This document shows, piece after piece, positions 22,948 to 36,293 of a DNA stretch of 64,000 bases. Location of the stretch: positions 94,266,672 through 94,330,671 of the forward strand of contig NC_068983.1 of the NCBI RefSeq assembly GCF_001194135.2, read 5' to 3'. Positions within the stretch are counted from its first letter, which is position 1. Every line of letters starts with the position of its first letter. The translations under genes were made by a program, and so were the position numbers. The notes beneath the pieces were generated by a model that did no database searches, had not been told where the DNA came from, and worked only from the letters and a program-made list of their open reading frames with translations. This DNA is from Octopus bimaculoides. Its lineage: Eukaryota.

Positions 22948-23980
22948 TTTCCCGCTAATTAACCAGAATTACCATGCAATTATTCACAAAGTGAATAAAT
23001 CTTTAGTATATCTTCTTTAAAGATTATGTGTAAAACACACAAAAAATACAGAGAGGTTACAAAAATGTGTGTCGTCATATTTGATAGTTCCAATTTAATA
23101 ATATATTAAATTGGAACTGAGAATGATTTATTGATATTGCGAACGCATTCTTGAGAAAATAGAGAAAACGAAGAAAAATGGTGAAACAAAACTATTAACA
23201 CAATGACTATAAGGAAAGCAGATTTGTGTGGAAAATCAATAAATTAATTAGTTTAAGCAAGATACCAACAATAAACAGAAACATCTAACTAGTATGCAAT
23301 AATGTAAAGCAATCATCTGACGCCCTGTTTTTGAAAATTAAGAAGAGATAGTTATTTCTTTATAAGTCATTTAAAAAAATGGTTTATACGTCTTTGAAAC
23401 AAGTAATAGACGACAAAGTTGTGAATAGGAAACTATTTTCCCTATTCACCGTCCGGTTTTCAGCAGTGAACTGAAGGTCAAGGCCACCCAATAGGGAAAC
23501 TAATCGGCATGTAGCGAAGGTCAAGGTAGCAGAAGAAATACAAGCAAACTTCATTCAGTTCGAAGAGTTATTCATTTAGAAATTCTCTTCACTCTTTTTT
23601 TCTCCTTGTCATTATTAAATATTTCTAACGAGCTACATTAGATATTTTTCCAGTTTAATTAATTATTTCTGTTCAACTTCAAAACTTTTCTGTAATCACT
23701 GCTCTAATCACTCTGGACTCGCAGTCTTCCTGACAGCATTACCCGCCTTTTTTCTCTTCCGTTCTATTTTTCTTTCCTTCGCTCTCTAGATCCATTAGGT
23801 TTGCTTGCCTACATTTCACACTCACTAAGAGCAAACTTATAAGCATTGCTTCTGTTATAAAAAAGAAAGAAAATTATCAAATTACTATTATATATAATCT
23901 TTTAGTGGTTTAGTGAACTTCTTCTGTATCTTCGTTGATAACTTACAACTGATTTCACATTACGGATCTTTCAAATCGCG
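22948..23980. promoter_or_regulatory. Candidate promoter/enhancer cluster upstream of RB1
   Basis: Locally CpG-richer and free of obvious TEs; TTTCCCGC (E2F-like) 22948-22955, AAGGTCAAGG twice (23474-23483, 23517-23526), CCAAT 23488-23492, TTCAAA (CHR-like) 23970-23975. Motif matches only. Confidence 0.35.
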
Positions 23981-24869
23981 TCGTCTTAAAAAATACTAAA
24001 CAAAAACACATACTAAAGGTTATTAACTTATATTTAACCTCTTCTTGTTATTGTAATATTTACATTTTCTTTTACAATTTCTGTGCTCCTTAATTCCTTT
24101 TATCTGCCACAAAATAATAACCTTTACTGTATTGCCTTCAACTCTTTCTCTTTCTATATATACAGGTTAAGCACAAAATGGAGATCTAAGATCACCTAAT
24201 TACTGGAAATACCTGCCTAGATATTTGAATTTAAATGATATTTGGAGGCGAAAACCTATTGATTAATGGAAAGAAGTAGCCAAGAAAATACTCTCTGAAC
24301 GAATCTGTTCGTACCCGTTGTGGTACAAGTCCATTTTAGCATATCTGATCAGGGTGGGTCACTAAGTAGATCTGCCGATCAATTATTATATATATGGTAT
24401 TATTGATCATTCAATTTTCTTATTTATCATTAACTCTAATTTTTCACGTACACAGTAAAGTTTTGCGAGTGAGTGCCTACTACATCTGTGTCTAATTACT
24501 TGACTTAGAATTATGAAAAGTATATAGTTGATGATCAGTAAATAGATTATATTTAATTATTCAATATTTTACTGCTGTATACTTTAACTACATTAAGGAA
24601 TATTTATAAACTTAAACGGGTCGGCAACACCTTTAGGATTTTGTTTAAAGACATTTTGTCTCGGCCATTGTACTTACTACTAGTAAGTAGTACAACTCAG
24701 TATGTTTATCTATACACTTGAGAAATATTTTCCTTTTATTTTTGCTTGATTCAGTTCTCATTTTCTCATTTCGGTTTATTTTTAATTCATTTGAAGCAAG
24801 CTCTGAGTACAGACGACCAAAATTGAGAATAAACCGTTGCATCTATAGAGAAAAAAAGGGCTAAATACA

Positions 24870-25039
24870 ATGGCGCACCCTCAGCAAGAGAGCTCTGGTG
24901 GAAGACGGAAAAATCCGTGTGAAGTTGAAGATGATGAAGAAGATGGGAAGAATCTTGCTCAACGATCTCATTTGGCTGGGGAATCTAGTGGATGTATCTC
25001 CTATCCAGCATCATTGACAGGAGATAATAGGATTGCTAC
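24870..25039 (+). CDS. RB1: RB1 coding exon 1 (170 nt, ends phase 2)
   Basis: ACAATGG Kozak context; MAHPQQESSGGRRKNPCEVEDDEEDGKNLAQRSHLAGESSGCISYPASLTGDNRIA(T); AC|GTAAGT donor; phase fits exon 2 at 36294. Low-complexity N-terminus, so support comes from phase and position, not homology. Confidence 0.75.
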
Positions 25040-25518
25040 GTAAGTATAGTCGCTTTTATGAAGTGAAAGATCCATGTCAAATATGTAATGGTGTGAAAAT
25101 CAGTACCCCAATTAATTGGTATTTATGTTGTTTATTTAACAATGTTTCAGTTTAGTGGAACTGTTTGTTTATTACTCGATGATAAAAATATTAGCTGCTT
25201 TCTTTAGGTTATAGTGAACTGTTGAGGATTTCATGGAATCGAAAATCCCATCGTCAACTAAGAGCATTAAATATAACCTTCGTTTGAACATTTTAATAAT
25301 GGATGTGGTCATACGCAATGAAAGAGGTGCTTCATTTATGCTTTGATATGTCATTTTACAGAACTGTCCTTAGTGCAGTGTATCTTATATATTCAACTTT
25401 ATAGCTCTTATGAAATAAAAGTAAACTTTCATATGTTTGTCATTTATTTTATAGAACTGTTGCCTTAATCCGATGACATGATTTTGTGTATTCAAAAGGA
25501 TAAAAATATATATTTATT

Positions 25519-25631
25519 CTATATATATATANNNNNNNNNNNNNNNNNNNNNNNNNNNNNNNNNNNNNNNNNNNNNNNNNNNNNNNNNNNNNNNNNNNNN
25601 NNNNNNNNNNNNNNNNNNNNNNNNNNNNNNN

Positions 25632-25665
<34 letters not shown>
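25519..25665. repeat. (AT)n tract with a 100-N gap (25532-25631)
   Basis: AT repeats on both sides of the gap. Confidence 0.9.
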
Positions 25666-25671
<6 letters not shown>

Positions 25672-26106
25672 GTGTATGTATGTATATATGTATAGTAGAA
25701 TAAAGGTATAAGTAAGTAAATATGTGGTATTAGATTATGACATTTATATATTTACACATTAACGAAACTTTAGGGTAGAAATGTATGTAACATTCATTTT
25801 TACCCTGAAGTTTTGTCAATGTTTAAATGTCATTAATCTGATCTGATACCTGTTGTTTGCCAGTTTAGACTTTTATCGTATTATGCATATACCAGCTTGA
25901 TTGAAACATAGCTGATAGCCAATCTTCATTAAGGCAGCTGTAACATCCCTGCATTTTTAGTTGCAGTTCAAGTTGGAGTTTAAGCAGCAAGTCAGTCTGA
26001 ACACTGATTTTATGTATCTACTAACTTATGTCCTCAGATGTAATGCTACCAGGATTTTATTTATACATGCATATTATACATATACACAAGTGTGTATGTG
26101 TGTGTG

Positions 26107-26156
<50 letters not shown>

Positions 26157-26234
26157 CATACATACACAGATGTGCATGTGTGTATCATACTAGTATGGAA
26201 AACAGATGTTAAAGGATGATGATGAGAGGCACTG

Positions 26235-26410
26235 GTGTGGTTGCATGGTAAGAAGTTTGGTTCTCAACCTCATGGTCCTGGGATCAGTCCTACTGTATAG
26301 CACTTTGAGCAAGTGTCTTTTGCTATAGTCTTGTGATGACCAACATTTTGTAAGTGGATTTAGTAGATAGAAACTGATTGAAGCCTGTCATTTATATGTG
26401 TGTGTGTGTG
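26235..26410 (+). mobile_element. SINE family B 5' half
   Basis: GGTGTGGTTGCATGGTAAGAAG..CAGTCCTACTG..GCAAGTGTCTT. Confidence 0.6.
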
Positions 26411-26827
26411 TACACGTCTGGACATGGGGAAATATTATTACTTGGTGAGGGTTGGTGACAAGAATGGCATCTGGCCTTAGAAAATCTGCTTCAACAAATT
26501 CTGTCTGACTGATGCAAGTATGGAAAAGTGGATGGTAAATGGTAATATATATATATATGTATGTATGTGTACACACATGCACAATAGGCTTCTTCCAGTT
26601 TCCGTCCAGGAAATTGACTTGGAGTTACAGTAGAAGAAACTTGCCTAAGGTGTTGTACTGAGACTAAATTTCTCAAGCATATAACCATGTCTATGCCTAT
26701 ATGTGTGTGGTTAAGAAGCTAGCTACTCAACCATCTGATTCTGCATGTGTGTGTGTGTGTGTTTATATATATTTATATATGTATATAGGGATACCATGTG
26801 TAGTCTTTTTTCTTAGAAACCTATTTC

Positions 26828-26864
<37 letters not shown>

Positions 26865-26999
26865 TGCACACATACACATGTACATACTCTTTTACTCATC
26901 TTAGCCATGTGGCCATGGTCATGCTGGAGCACCACCATGACATATACATTTTATATATATATATATATATATACTCTTTTCTCTTTTTTTCCTCTTTCC

Positions 27000-27490
27000 A
27001 TCATTTTGAATCCAGGTTTTATCCCCATTAACAGGGGTGGCCAGATCTACCTCAATGCCATGGCAGCTGCCCTCACACCATCTTGCCATCTTGCCCAGTT
27101 TTGGGCATCCTCCCTTCTCAAGCCAACCCTCTCAATCTCCTCCACATTTTCCTCAGTCTACCTCGCTTTCGTTGTCCATTTACCTCAAACTCTAGCACCC
27201 TCCTCAGAACATGCTCCTCATCCCTCCTCAACACATGCCCATATCACCGCACTCCATTCGCCTTTGCCAGCTGTTCCACTGACCCCTCCAACTCCAGCAT
27301 CCTCATTAAGTCCTCAGTCCTCTTCTTATCAAACAGCCTCTCACCACACATTTCTCTCACCATTGCTCTTTCAGTCCATCTCAAATTTGCCATCTCTCTC
27401 TCTCTCTCTCAAACACCATGTCTCACTCCCTTACAGCATTGCAGCTCTCACACAACTCCTGTAGACTTTCCCATTCGTCTTCAATGAGAA
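27000..27490 (-). mobile_element. RTE LINE 3' fragment
   Basis: Minus frame reads GHVLRRDEEHVLRRVLEFEVNGQRKRGR. Confidence 0.75.
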
Positions 27491-27731
27491 CCTTTTCCGG
27501 TATAATAATGCTCCACATTCCCTGAACTTCACCCATACATATGTACATTATATATGTACACACACACACACACACGCACACACACATCCGTATGTACATA
27601 CACACAAATATATATAGGTACAGGTGTGGCTATTTGCTTGAGAAGTTAGGTTCAAGTTGGGTCCACTGCACAGTGTCCTAGGGGTACATCCACTACCATC
27701 CGGGCTGTATATATTTGTGTGTATACATCAT

Positions 27732-27734
<3 letters not shown>

Positions 27735-27791
<57 letters not shown>

Positions 27792-27867
27792 ATATATANN
27801 NNNNNNNNNNNNNNNNNNNNNNNNNNNNNNNNNNNNNNNNNNNNNNNNNNNNNNNNNNNNNNNNNNN

Positions 27868-27954
<87 letters not shown>

Positions 27955-27955
27955 T
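27735..27955. repeat. Compound (TATC)n-(AT)n-gap-(AT)n-(GT)n microsatellite
   Basis: Read directly; N-gap at 27799-27867. Confidence 0.95.
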
Positions 27956-28739
27956 GAAGGAAATTGAAGATGTTTACCACACTGCAAGCACTTGAACCCT
28001 ATCCAGCCTCAACTTGATCAGTTGAAAAAGAAATCCTGAAATGCAATTCTCAGTAAGTCTCAATATGCAAGACAGTATCATGAAGCATAAAGAATTTATG
28101 TATATTATGTCAGCTATATGCATTAAAATTTTGCCAGAGTGAAGAATAATACTCACAGAAATATTATTCTTAGAGACAAGAGTGTACTTATATAATGACA
28201 AAGCAAGATCTCAGATGGTTTGAAGAAACAACTTGGTGACAGCAGTGAGTCCCTCTTAAAATTGGCACTTTCAGTAATGGAAAATAAACACTGATTCAAA
28301 ACATGACAATGAGAAGAAAGAGAAACCACAGCAGTTACAAATATAAAAATGAACTCTGAGGCTTAAATATCAGCAAAAGAATCTGTTTCATTGTGTTACA
28401 TGATAAGGCCACTGTTTAGAGAAAATAGTTCAGTAGCTGCAGGATAAGTGAAATATTAAATAAAACAATTTCAAAATGTTTTCACTTTTCCATTGAGAGA
28501 TATGCAAGTGAATAGACCTGATGAGTTCTTCAATGCCACAGCTTTACACAGGAAGAGGTAACCATTGATTACATCAATGTAAGGAGAAGAATGTAATATC
28601 AGCCATTGATAAGATGGGCTTGAACTTAGTAACAAGTGCTGACGGTTTTTCATCAATCCATTTAAAGATATATTCTGACAAAACCACTGCAGATACTTTT
28701 CCAGAGTTTCTTTGTATGCAAGAAATTTCCCAGTAATTC

Positions 28740-29640
28740 AAACGGTGTCATATGCCCTATCCGGAAATAAAGAAGCAGAGCAGAAACTTAAAATTACAGG
28801 CCTGTCTCTCTGACCTCACGCATCAGCAAAGTCATGGAACCTGATCACATTCCTTGAAGAAAATAGGTTGTTCACTGACATGGAGTGTGGTTCCTGTCTG
28901 AGGAGGAGCTGGCTCACAACTTCTCCAGGTATAAGACTGGGTACTGAAACGACAGCTCAGTCATTTAAATCTTGATGTGATTCATCTTTGCCAAATCATT
29001 TGATAAAGTTGATAATGAAATGATGTGTCACAAACTGTGTGATTTTGACATAGTTGGAAAACTAAAGGAATGGCTGCATGGCTTTTAAAAGGTAGGAGTC
29101 AGGAAGTTGCAACCAATAGTGCATTCTGAGGAGACATCAATTTGTAGAGGAGTCCCTCAGGGAACTGTATTGAGACCACTATTGTTTGTGTTGGCACTCT
29201 CAGAATGCTTTCATTTACACAATTATTGTCTTCAGCTGTGCTGATGATACAAAAGTATCACAGGCAGTCATGAATTTTGATAATAATGCAAAACTACAGG
29301 AAGATCTGAAGGAAACGTCATACAGTTCAATGCTGAAAAATTTCAAGTGCTTCATTATCAGCTTATAAACAGAATGTGATCGGAATACACAGGACCAAGG
29401 ACTATGCATTCTCTGAGTCAAAATCAGTGTGTAATCTAAGAATGTACATGAATAATGGTGCCTCATTCCACGTACTTATTACTAAGAGGGGAACAATGTA
29501 CAGGTGACTGGCTAGTTGGATTCTGAAATCATTTAGAAGATTCCCAAATATGGTCATTAGCTAGAGTTAACAGAGGAGCTTGAGGCAATACAATGTTGGT
29601 ACACTAGAAAATTGCCTCGGTGCAACAGATGAGCAACTGG
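28740..29640 (+). mobile_element. Degraded CR1/L2-type LINE reverse transcriptase
   Basis: DKVDNEMMCHKL..GKLKEWL, GVPQGTVLRPLLF and ADDTKV motifs, with frameshifts and stops. Confidence 0.8.
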
Positions 29641-29689
29641 CAGAGAGTAAAAGAGATAAGGGTCCATGCTAAGCAGTCATGAAATAGAA

Positions 29690-30150
29690 CAGAGGTTACA
29701 GTTGCTTAAAAGAGGCTCTTTTTCATATCTGGAAACCTAAATTTCCACAGTAGAGACAACTTGTTGACAGCAGCCCAGACTTTAACAGTGCATGTTTTTA
29801 CGTCACTGATTGGATGGAACTTCCACTCACATGCTAAGAATTGTTTTGAATGTCACTTGGAGAGATTGCTTGACTAATGAATGGTTGTATGGGAACTTGT
29901 CCTCCAGTATCAGAGACATCATCAAAGAGTGTAGAGTCAGATTTGTAGGGCATTGCTGGAGAGCTAAAGACAAAATTGTTAGTGAAGTTTTTTTTTTTTT
30001 TTTTTTTTTTTGTGGGAGCCTACACAAAGAAGACTTAGCAGTGGATGACAAGCGAAGACCTATGTCCAGCAGATTTGTGACAACATGAACTGCTGAATAT
30101 GATGAACAATAGAATTGGATGACAACAGAAAGTCACTGCAATCCATACAG
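29690..30150 (+). mobile_element. RTE-like LINE C-terminal fragment
   Basis: ORF 29810: DGTSTHMLRIVLNVTWRDCLTNEWLYGNL..RVRFVGHCWR. Confidence 0.75.
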
Positions 30151-30356
30151 GCAGTGCAACCAGATTATAATTACACACACATAGTTCAAATTTATAGAAA
30201 ACAAAGACGAAGATAGGTTTAATACTCAGGAATATTGTAAAAATCGTTGATGTTTTGAGATTACATTCTTTGACAAAGGGATGAGAGGGGAAAAAACGGA
30301 GAGAGAAAAATGTAGGGATTAATGGTTCAATATGATGAAATGGTTGGAAGAAAGAA

Positions 30357-30357
<1 letters not shown>

Positions 30358-30396
<39 letters not shown>

Positions 30397-30400
30397 CATG

Positions 30401-30490
<90 letters not shown>
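30358..30490. repeat. Compound (AT)n/(CA)n microsatellite
   Basis: Read directly. Confidence 0.95.
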
Positions 30491-31164
30491 TACATATATG
30501 GAAGATTCCCATCTCTCATCTACCTCTTGAGCACCTCTCTTTCACTCATTTCCCCATTCTCTCAAATCATCTCATCCCTCAATCAATCAATGCACTAGCT
30601 CTACATGTGAAGGACTATATTGGTTTCTCTTTTATTTACCTCTGCACATTTTTCTTCCTCCATCCATCTCTCAGCTCACTTCATTCATCATCCTATCATA
30701 TCTCTCATCTGTCCATGCTCATCACTGTGTCCACTTACACATCTGTTGTCTCATCACTTGTGATGTTCATTTGCTTGGCTGCTGCCATCCTTTACTCTTT
30801 GCCTGTCAGTGTCCGTTTTACTCTCTTCAGCTTCTTTGCTTCTTCTCTTCTCAACGAGTCTTTCTGGAACCTCACCATCCTCATCCAGTCTCTGTCTTTC
30901 ATGTTCCCTTCCTTATTCACCTTCAATTTTGCTTTTTTATTTTGGGGGTAGCCCTGCTAGGTACAGTCATGGTTGTATTGTTAAGAGTTTTACTGCACAG
31001 CCACATAGTTTTGGGTTCTGTACCACTGCACCTCACCCTATGCAAGTATCTTCTGCTATGACTCAGGTTCAAACAATATCTTGTGAGGGAATTTAGTAAA
31101 TGAAAACTGTATGAAGCCAGTCTTATTCATCTTGTATATATGTGTGTGTGTGTGTTTGAATATC

Positions 31165-31560
31165 AGTCATCATTCATTTAGCATGTTTTGCATGCTGGTA
31201 TGAGTAAGACAGTGTAGAACTGGTAAACTGGAGAGTTGCACCAGGCCCCAGTCTGTTTTGGCTTGGTTTCCTATGGCTGGATGCCCTTCCTAATGCCAAC
31301 CACTCCACAGTGTATCGCCTTTTACATGTCACCGGCATGGGTTCCTTTTGCGTGTCACTAGCACAGGTGTCTTTTGCATGTCGCCGGCACAGGTACCTTT
31401 TATGTGTCACTAGCATGGGTGCCTTCTATGTTTCACCAGCATGAGTGCTTTTTACATGTTACTGGTGTGGTGCATCTCGTGTGTCACTGGTATGAATGCC
31501 CTTCACATGCACCGGCACTGGCCATGGCTGTGATTTCACTTAGTTTGGCATGTCTTTTCA
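31165..31560 (-). mobile_element. RTE 3' UTR copy, minus orientation
   Basis: GGCTGGATGCCCTTCCTAATGCCAACCACTCC; (CAT) tail at the left end. Confidence 0.75.
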
Positions 31561-31804
31561 AGTCTCGGTCACTTGTCATCACTTCTGTGAGACTCATATT
31601 TTGTTTGTTACCATTTAAGGGAAACAGTGGTAATGTTTACATTTTGTGATAACATCATGACCTGTCTTTTTGTGCTTACAGAGATCTTGGAATACAAAAA
31701 TCCCTTAATTGATAAACAGGTGAAGTCTAAGTCTTACTTCAAAATCATTTCCTGTCAAAGCAATGCTAGAATGGAAAAATGAATGTTAAAGCATAATGAT
31801 GCAC

Positions 31805-32130
31805 ATTGGCTCCCGTGCCGGTAACACTTGAAAAGCACCATTCGAGCATGATCATAGCCAGCGTCGCCATACCGGCACATGTGCCAGTGGCACATGAAAA
31901 ACAACATTCAAGCGTGGTCGTTGCCAGAACCGCCTGACTGGCCCTCGTGCTGGTGGCATGTAAAAAGCACCCACTACACTCTCGGAGTGGTTGGCATTAG
32001 GAATGGCATCCAGCTGTAGAAACTTTGCCAGACCAAATTGAGCCTGGTGCAGCCTCTGACTCACCAGTCTTTAGTCAAACCGTCCAACTCATGTCAGCAT
32101 GGAAAGCGGACGTTAAATGATGATGATGAT
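31805..32130 (+). mobile_element. RTE 3' UTR copy, plus orientation, (GAT)n tail
   Basis: Colinear with 9232-9513. Confidence 0.8.
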
Positions 32131-33660
32131 AAAACCTGTCCAAGTGCATGGATAGGTTTTATTGTTAGGAGTGTGTGACATGCAGGGGATGGTGTGAATG
32201 TGTTTATGTGGTTATTTCAGAAGAGGATGAGTGGTGTATTGTTGAAAGTGTATAGCTTTGGAGTGTGGAAAAATGAAATGCTGCTCTCTGTGAAGTCTGC
32301 TGTTCATGAATCGAGTGTGTAAGGCGAAGCTGAACATATTAAGATATTGTGTTGAGTGGTTTCCTGAGTAGAAGTTTGAGAGAATGAGGTCTTGTTTCTG
32401 CAATGGATGTTGTAAAGATGTTTCTTGAATTGGTCAGTTAAGCAGTGGCTGGTGTTGGAAATATGGGTGAAGGAATCTGGAATATAGAAGTTGCAGTGGT
32501 TGAGTCCTGTGAGAGAGGTGTTGTTGGTGAGGAATGGACAAGTGTTACAATGGGACCAAGAACAAGGGAATATCCAAGAAAAGCAGGAGAGGATGATGGA
32601 AAGGAGCTATAGACTAATAAATTGCATGGGTTGGGTTCACTCAAATGAAGTGGATTAAGTAAATGGAAGACAGTGGTAGAATTGGACTGGGGGAGGTAGA
32701 GGTCATGTTTGATGTGAGTGGAGTGAAATAAGGGAAAGTCAAGGTTAGAATGACACTTGGTGCATTTATCAAAGGTGGTGGTGGTGGTGAGAATGTAGTC
32801 ATGGGTTTGATGGAGATAGATATTATCTACAAAGTTAACAGATTTCTGAGATGATAAAGATGAGTTTAAGGGAAGGGTGAAAGGAGTTGACAAATGTGGA
32901 GTTGTTCCCAACAGAGAGAGAGAGAGAGAGAGAGATGCTGCTAATACAATCATGTGTATAGCGACCATATTGTTATGGAATAGATCTTGTGAATTGTGAG
33001 AAGATTTGGATCTCAATGTAGCCAACAAACAGTTCCCAAAGCAACTCCAGATTATTGTTGATGGAATCATTTAACTGCAAAAGAAAGACAACTGTCTTTC
33101 TTTTGCAGTTATGGGGGAGAGTATGGCTACTGGGTTGGAAGATGATCTGATGGTTGAGGAATTGTTTGGGGATGCAAAGGGACCATCATTGTGAGGAATG
33201 ACAGGAGATAAAGATTTAATGTCCATTGTTAAAAGGGGACAGGAAGGAAAAAAAAGTTGAAAGGCATGGTTGATGTCATAGATGTGAAACAGGAGGGAAG
33301 CGACTAAGGATGAAGTGGAGGGACTTGGATATCTGTTTAGTAAGGCATTTACAAGTGAAGAGAATATGGAGTAGCTATGGCTGTTAGGTTTATGAATTTT
33401 GGGGAGTTAGTGTGGGGTCAGTAGTGATGTGGAGGGGGGGGAGAAGTTTGTAGATAGTGAAGGACAAGCTGTGGTAGGTAGATGTGGAGTTGAAGGGCAG
33501 AGGGCAATAAAAAGTGGTAGGTTGAAGCTCCTCTGTCTTGTAGATGTTGGCACCTCATACCACCACAGTTCTATTCTTGTCAGTTGGTTTTATGCTGTTG
33601 TTTCAGCATTGGAAGTGGCAGAGTGCTTTAGCTTCAGCTTAAAATTATGTTGATGCAAAA
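32130..33660 (-). mobile_element. Degraded Penelope-like element (RT and GIY-YIG region)
   Basis: Minus frames give SGVALGT (PLE G.AMG), KSVNFVDN and F.S.HIKH patches; many stops. Confidence 0.55.
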
Positions 33661-34891
33661 GTTAAACTGGTTCACTGCAGTATTGCACACATTATCAAAC
33701 AACTTCTTATATTGATGTTGAGCACTTGCTGTGCTACATAAAATTGTGTGCCTTCTTTCAAAGCTCTCTACATGTACTTAGTATTCAGAATTGCTTCTCA
33801 TCATTGTGTTGCTATCAGGACTGTTCATCACCCTGTTGTTTCTATGAAATTTATCCTGTCTATAAAATATCTGACACAGTCTATACATCTTTTATTTTAG
33901 AATGAATATAAAAACTTAAATTTGGTTGCATCTGACTTTTTTTTAAGAACGGAATTTGCTTTTGTAATGCTATATTTTGTTCGTCCATGATATTAAGATA
34001 TTAATACAATACGATGCTAATTCAACTAAATTTGTTGGTTATCTGCAATAAAATAGTATTGTTTTGTTTCTAGTGAATCTATCTTTAATCTCCTTTTAGC
34101 TTGTGTTTCTGATACCATAGAGACAGATTTAGAAAACCTCATGTTTCATGAAAATCTGCTTTGTTATTTTTAGCTGTTGTACAAAAGGTCAATTATGTTC
34201 TTTTGTTTTTATTTGATAAGATTAGGTTGTAGAGGCTTCTGTGGCCTATATGAAAAAGTTCCGACTGAAATACTGAGAATGAATGCGCCTAAGAATGTCA
34301 GTAGTCCAGGTTTTTGTTGCTGTTGTAATAATAGCAAAGTGAGTGTGGAAGTGAATATTGTGTATTTATATTTGATGGTTGCACATTAGATGTAAGTGTC
34401 AATTCACACATTAATAGTAAGTCTTTCACTTACGGTATGGTAACTCTATTGTCAGTAGACACTATATAAAAACTGTTGACCATTAGTTTTTAATAGTTGA
34501 TATTATGAAGTGTAGAATGTTATCTTCATTATTAAATAACATAATTCATACAAGTAGAAGAGACAGTGGTGACATTAATTAGGGCATCTAATAACACTGT
34601 AACACGATTTTTGTCCTTGGGTAGCAACTGTTATTTCCTATTTGCTTACCCCTAGAAAATATGAAAAATGGTTAATATGTCATTCAAACTTTGCTTTTGT
34701 TACATTTATTCAAACCTCAAAGAATCCCTCTCAACACATGGCTCTGATGTTCCTCCACTACTTCTGCGCATGATTAGAGATGCACATGTTGTTGGCCACT
34801 TAGGGAGAGGCTCAAGTGGTTAAGGTCAAAGCACATTATTTGCTTTAATGATATTTCTGCTTCAGCAACTCAGTGCTGAATCTGTCTAAAA

Positions 34892-35175
34892 CAGTGTTTC
34901 TCAACCTTTTTTTACCCATGGACCCCTTTGATTATTATTTTATTCTGGTGGATCCCCATAGCCTCTCAGTGTTTAAAAACTAGTTTTATAAATACTTCTT
35001 TCAAAATTCCATTTTTTTTTCCAAACATTAACTTAAAAGGTAAAATGTTAGAGAAAGAAATCTAGTTGTTTCTTCCAATAAATACATTTATATCAAAATT
35101 TTTTCATGGATCTTTAATATACTACTGTGTGTACCCAATTTATTATTTTGCTTGTATGGACAGAGAGCTACTGGT
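34892..35175 (+). mobile_element. hAT/Charlie-like MITE remnant
   Basis: Starts CAGTGTTTCTCAACC, a typical Charlie-type TIR; right end degenerate. Confidence 0.4.
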
Positions 35176-35922
35176 TTAAAACATAATGGAAAATATGTCA
35201 TTTTCAAAACATTGATGTCCAGGTCACAAAAGCAAAATTTGAAGGGAATAGTTGTCATTTCTTTTGATTTTTAGATAGAAGCAAATAGGAAATAACATTT
35301 ACTGACCAAAGATAAAAAATTTTTTTTTTACACAATGTAATTAGCAATGCCAGTGTCCATGTTAATTGGATGAAATCTAAGAGCTTTTCTCATATTATCA
35401 CAATGCTTTTCTGTATTTGGTTCAATAAAAAAGGCTTTGTCAACATTATCATTGAACTTTTCATTTTTTGTTTATCATTGCTTGCTTTTACTACAGCACA
35501 TCAAGTTTATAGTATATGAAATATAAAAGTATATATTAGAGTATTTTTATGACCCATTCATAAAAAAAAACTGCCTACTCTTTATTTACAAGATATGTTG
35601 AAATTTATCAAATATGTTTTCTATGTAAATGTTTGCATTTTATTAAAACTATATAGTTGTCTTATTAAGAAACTGTTATAATTCTATTCTCTATGCCAAG
35701 ATTACATTACATGATGTCTTTTGTTAATTATTGAATCTATATATATTTCTTTACAGAAAGTAGTGTGTTTACCTCAGCTCTTCATCTTTAATTTAACACC
35801 TTATATCTGAATCTTGATAACAATGAGAATTATTATGCATCCTCATTTATAGTGGTTATTAATACTGTGTTTATTTTCTCCTTCACAGAATATATTACTG
35901 TAATAACTACTTGTATGAAATT

Positions 35923-36149
35923 TTAACCCTTTAGTATTCAAATTACTGTCAAATGTAATGCTTACTTATTCACATTGTTTTGAATTAATCATATGTTATT
36001 TTGTAGCTATGAAATTTTGCTGATGTAACTGTTAATTTTTCTAGAATGACATAGTAGGTTAGGTGTAAGAAACCACATCTGGCCGGTTGAGCATAAAACA
36101 GGTAGACTGTTTTGGCTGTATATGTCCCGTTTAAATGCTAAAGGATTAA
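35923..36149 (-). mobile_element. piggyBac-like MITE, orientation B
   Basis: TTAACCCTTTAG..ATGCTAAAGGATTAA. Confidence 0.82.
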
Positions 36150-36293
36150 CTGATATTGACACAACTTTCCTCAAAATGAACATTTCTAAATTAAATGTTT
36201 CTACAACTTATATTTATTTGTATTCATCATATATTTGTATACTGTCTTTCTACCACTTTCTTTTCATCATTTGTATAACTTCTCTTCTAACAG

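Noticed and set aside
23743-23795. Possible first exon of a divergent gene (MDLESEGKKNRTEEKKG, GG|GTAATG)
   Set aside because: Weak donor, no downstream exons found, no homology; may be a chance purine-rich stretch.
11400-24800. NUDT15, MED4 or ITM2B between SUCLA2 and RB1
   Set aside because: I scanned both strands by eye and found no recognisable exons; a tBLASTn would settle it.
28890-28965. CTGAGGA...GAAAC hammerhead-like pattern
   Set aside because: It is CR1 RT coding sequence (GFL..RSCLTQLL..YDWVLK); lacks the NUH site and a proper stem II.
25478-30598. IYIY/CVCV/THTH ORFs
   Set aside because: Translations of dinucleotide microsatellites.
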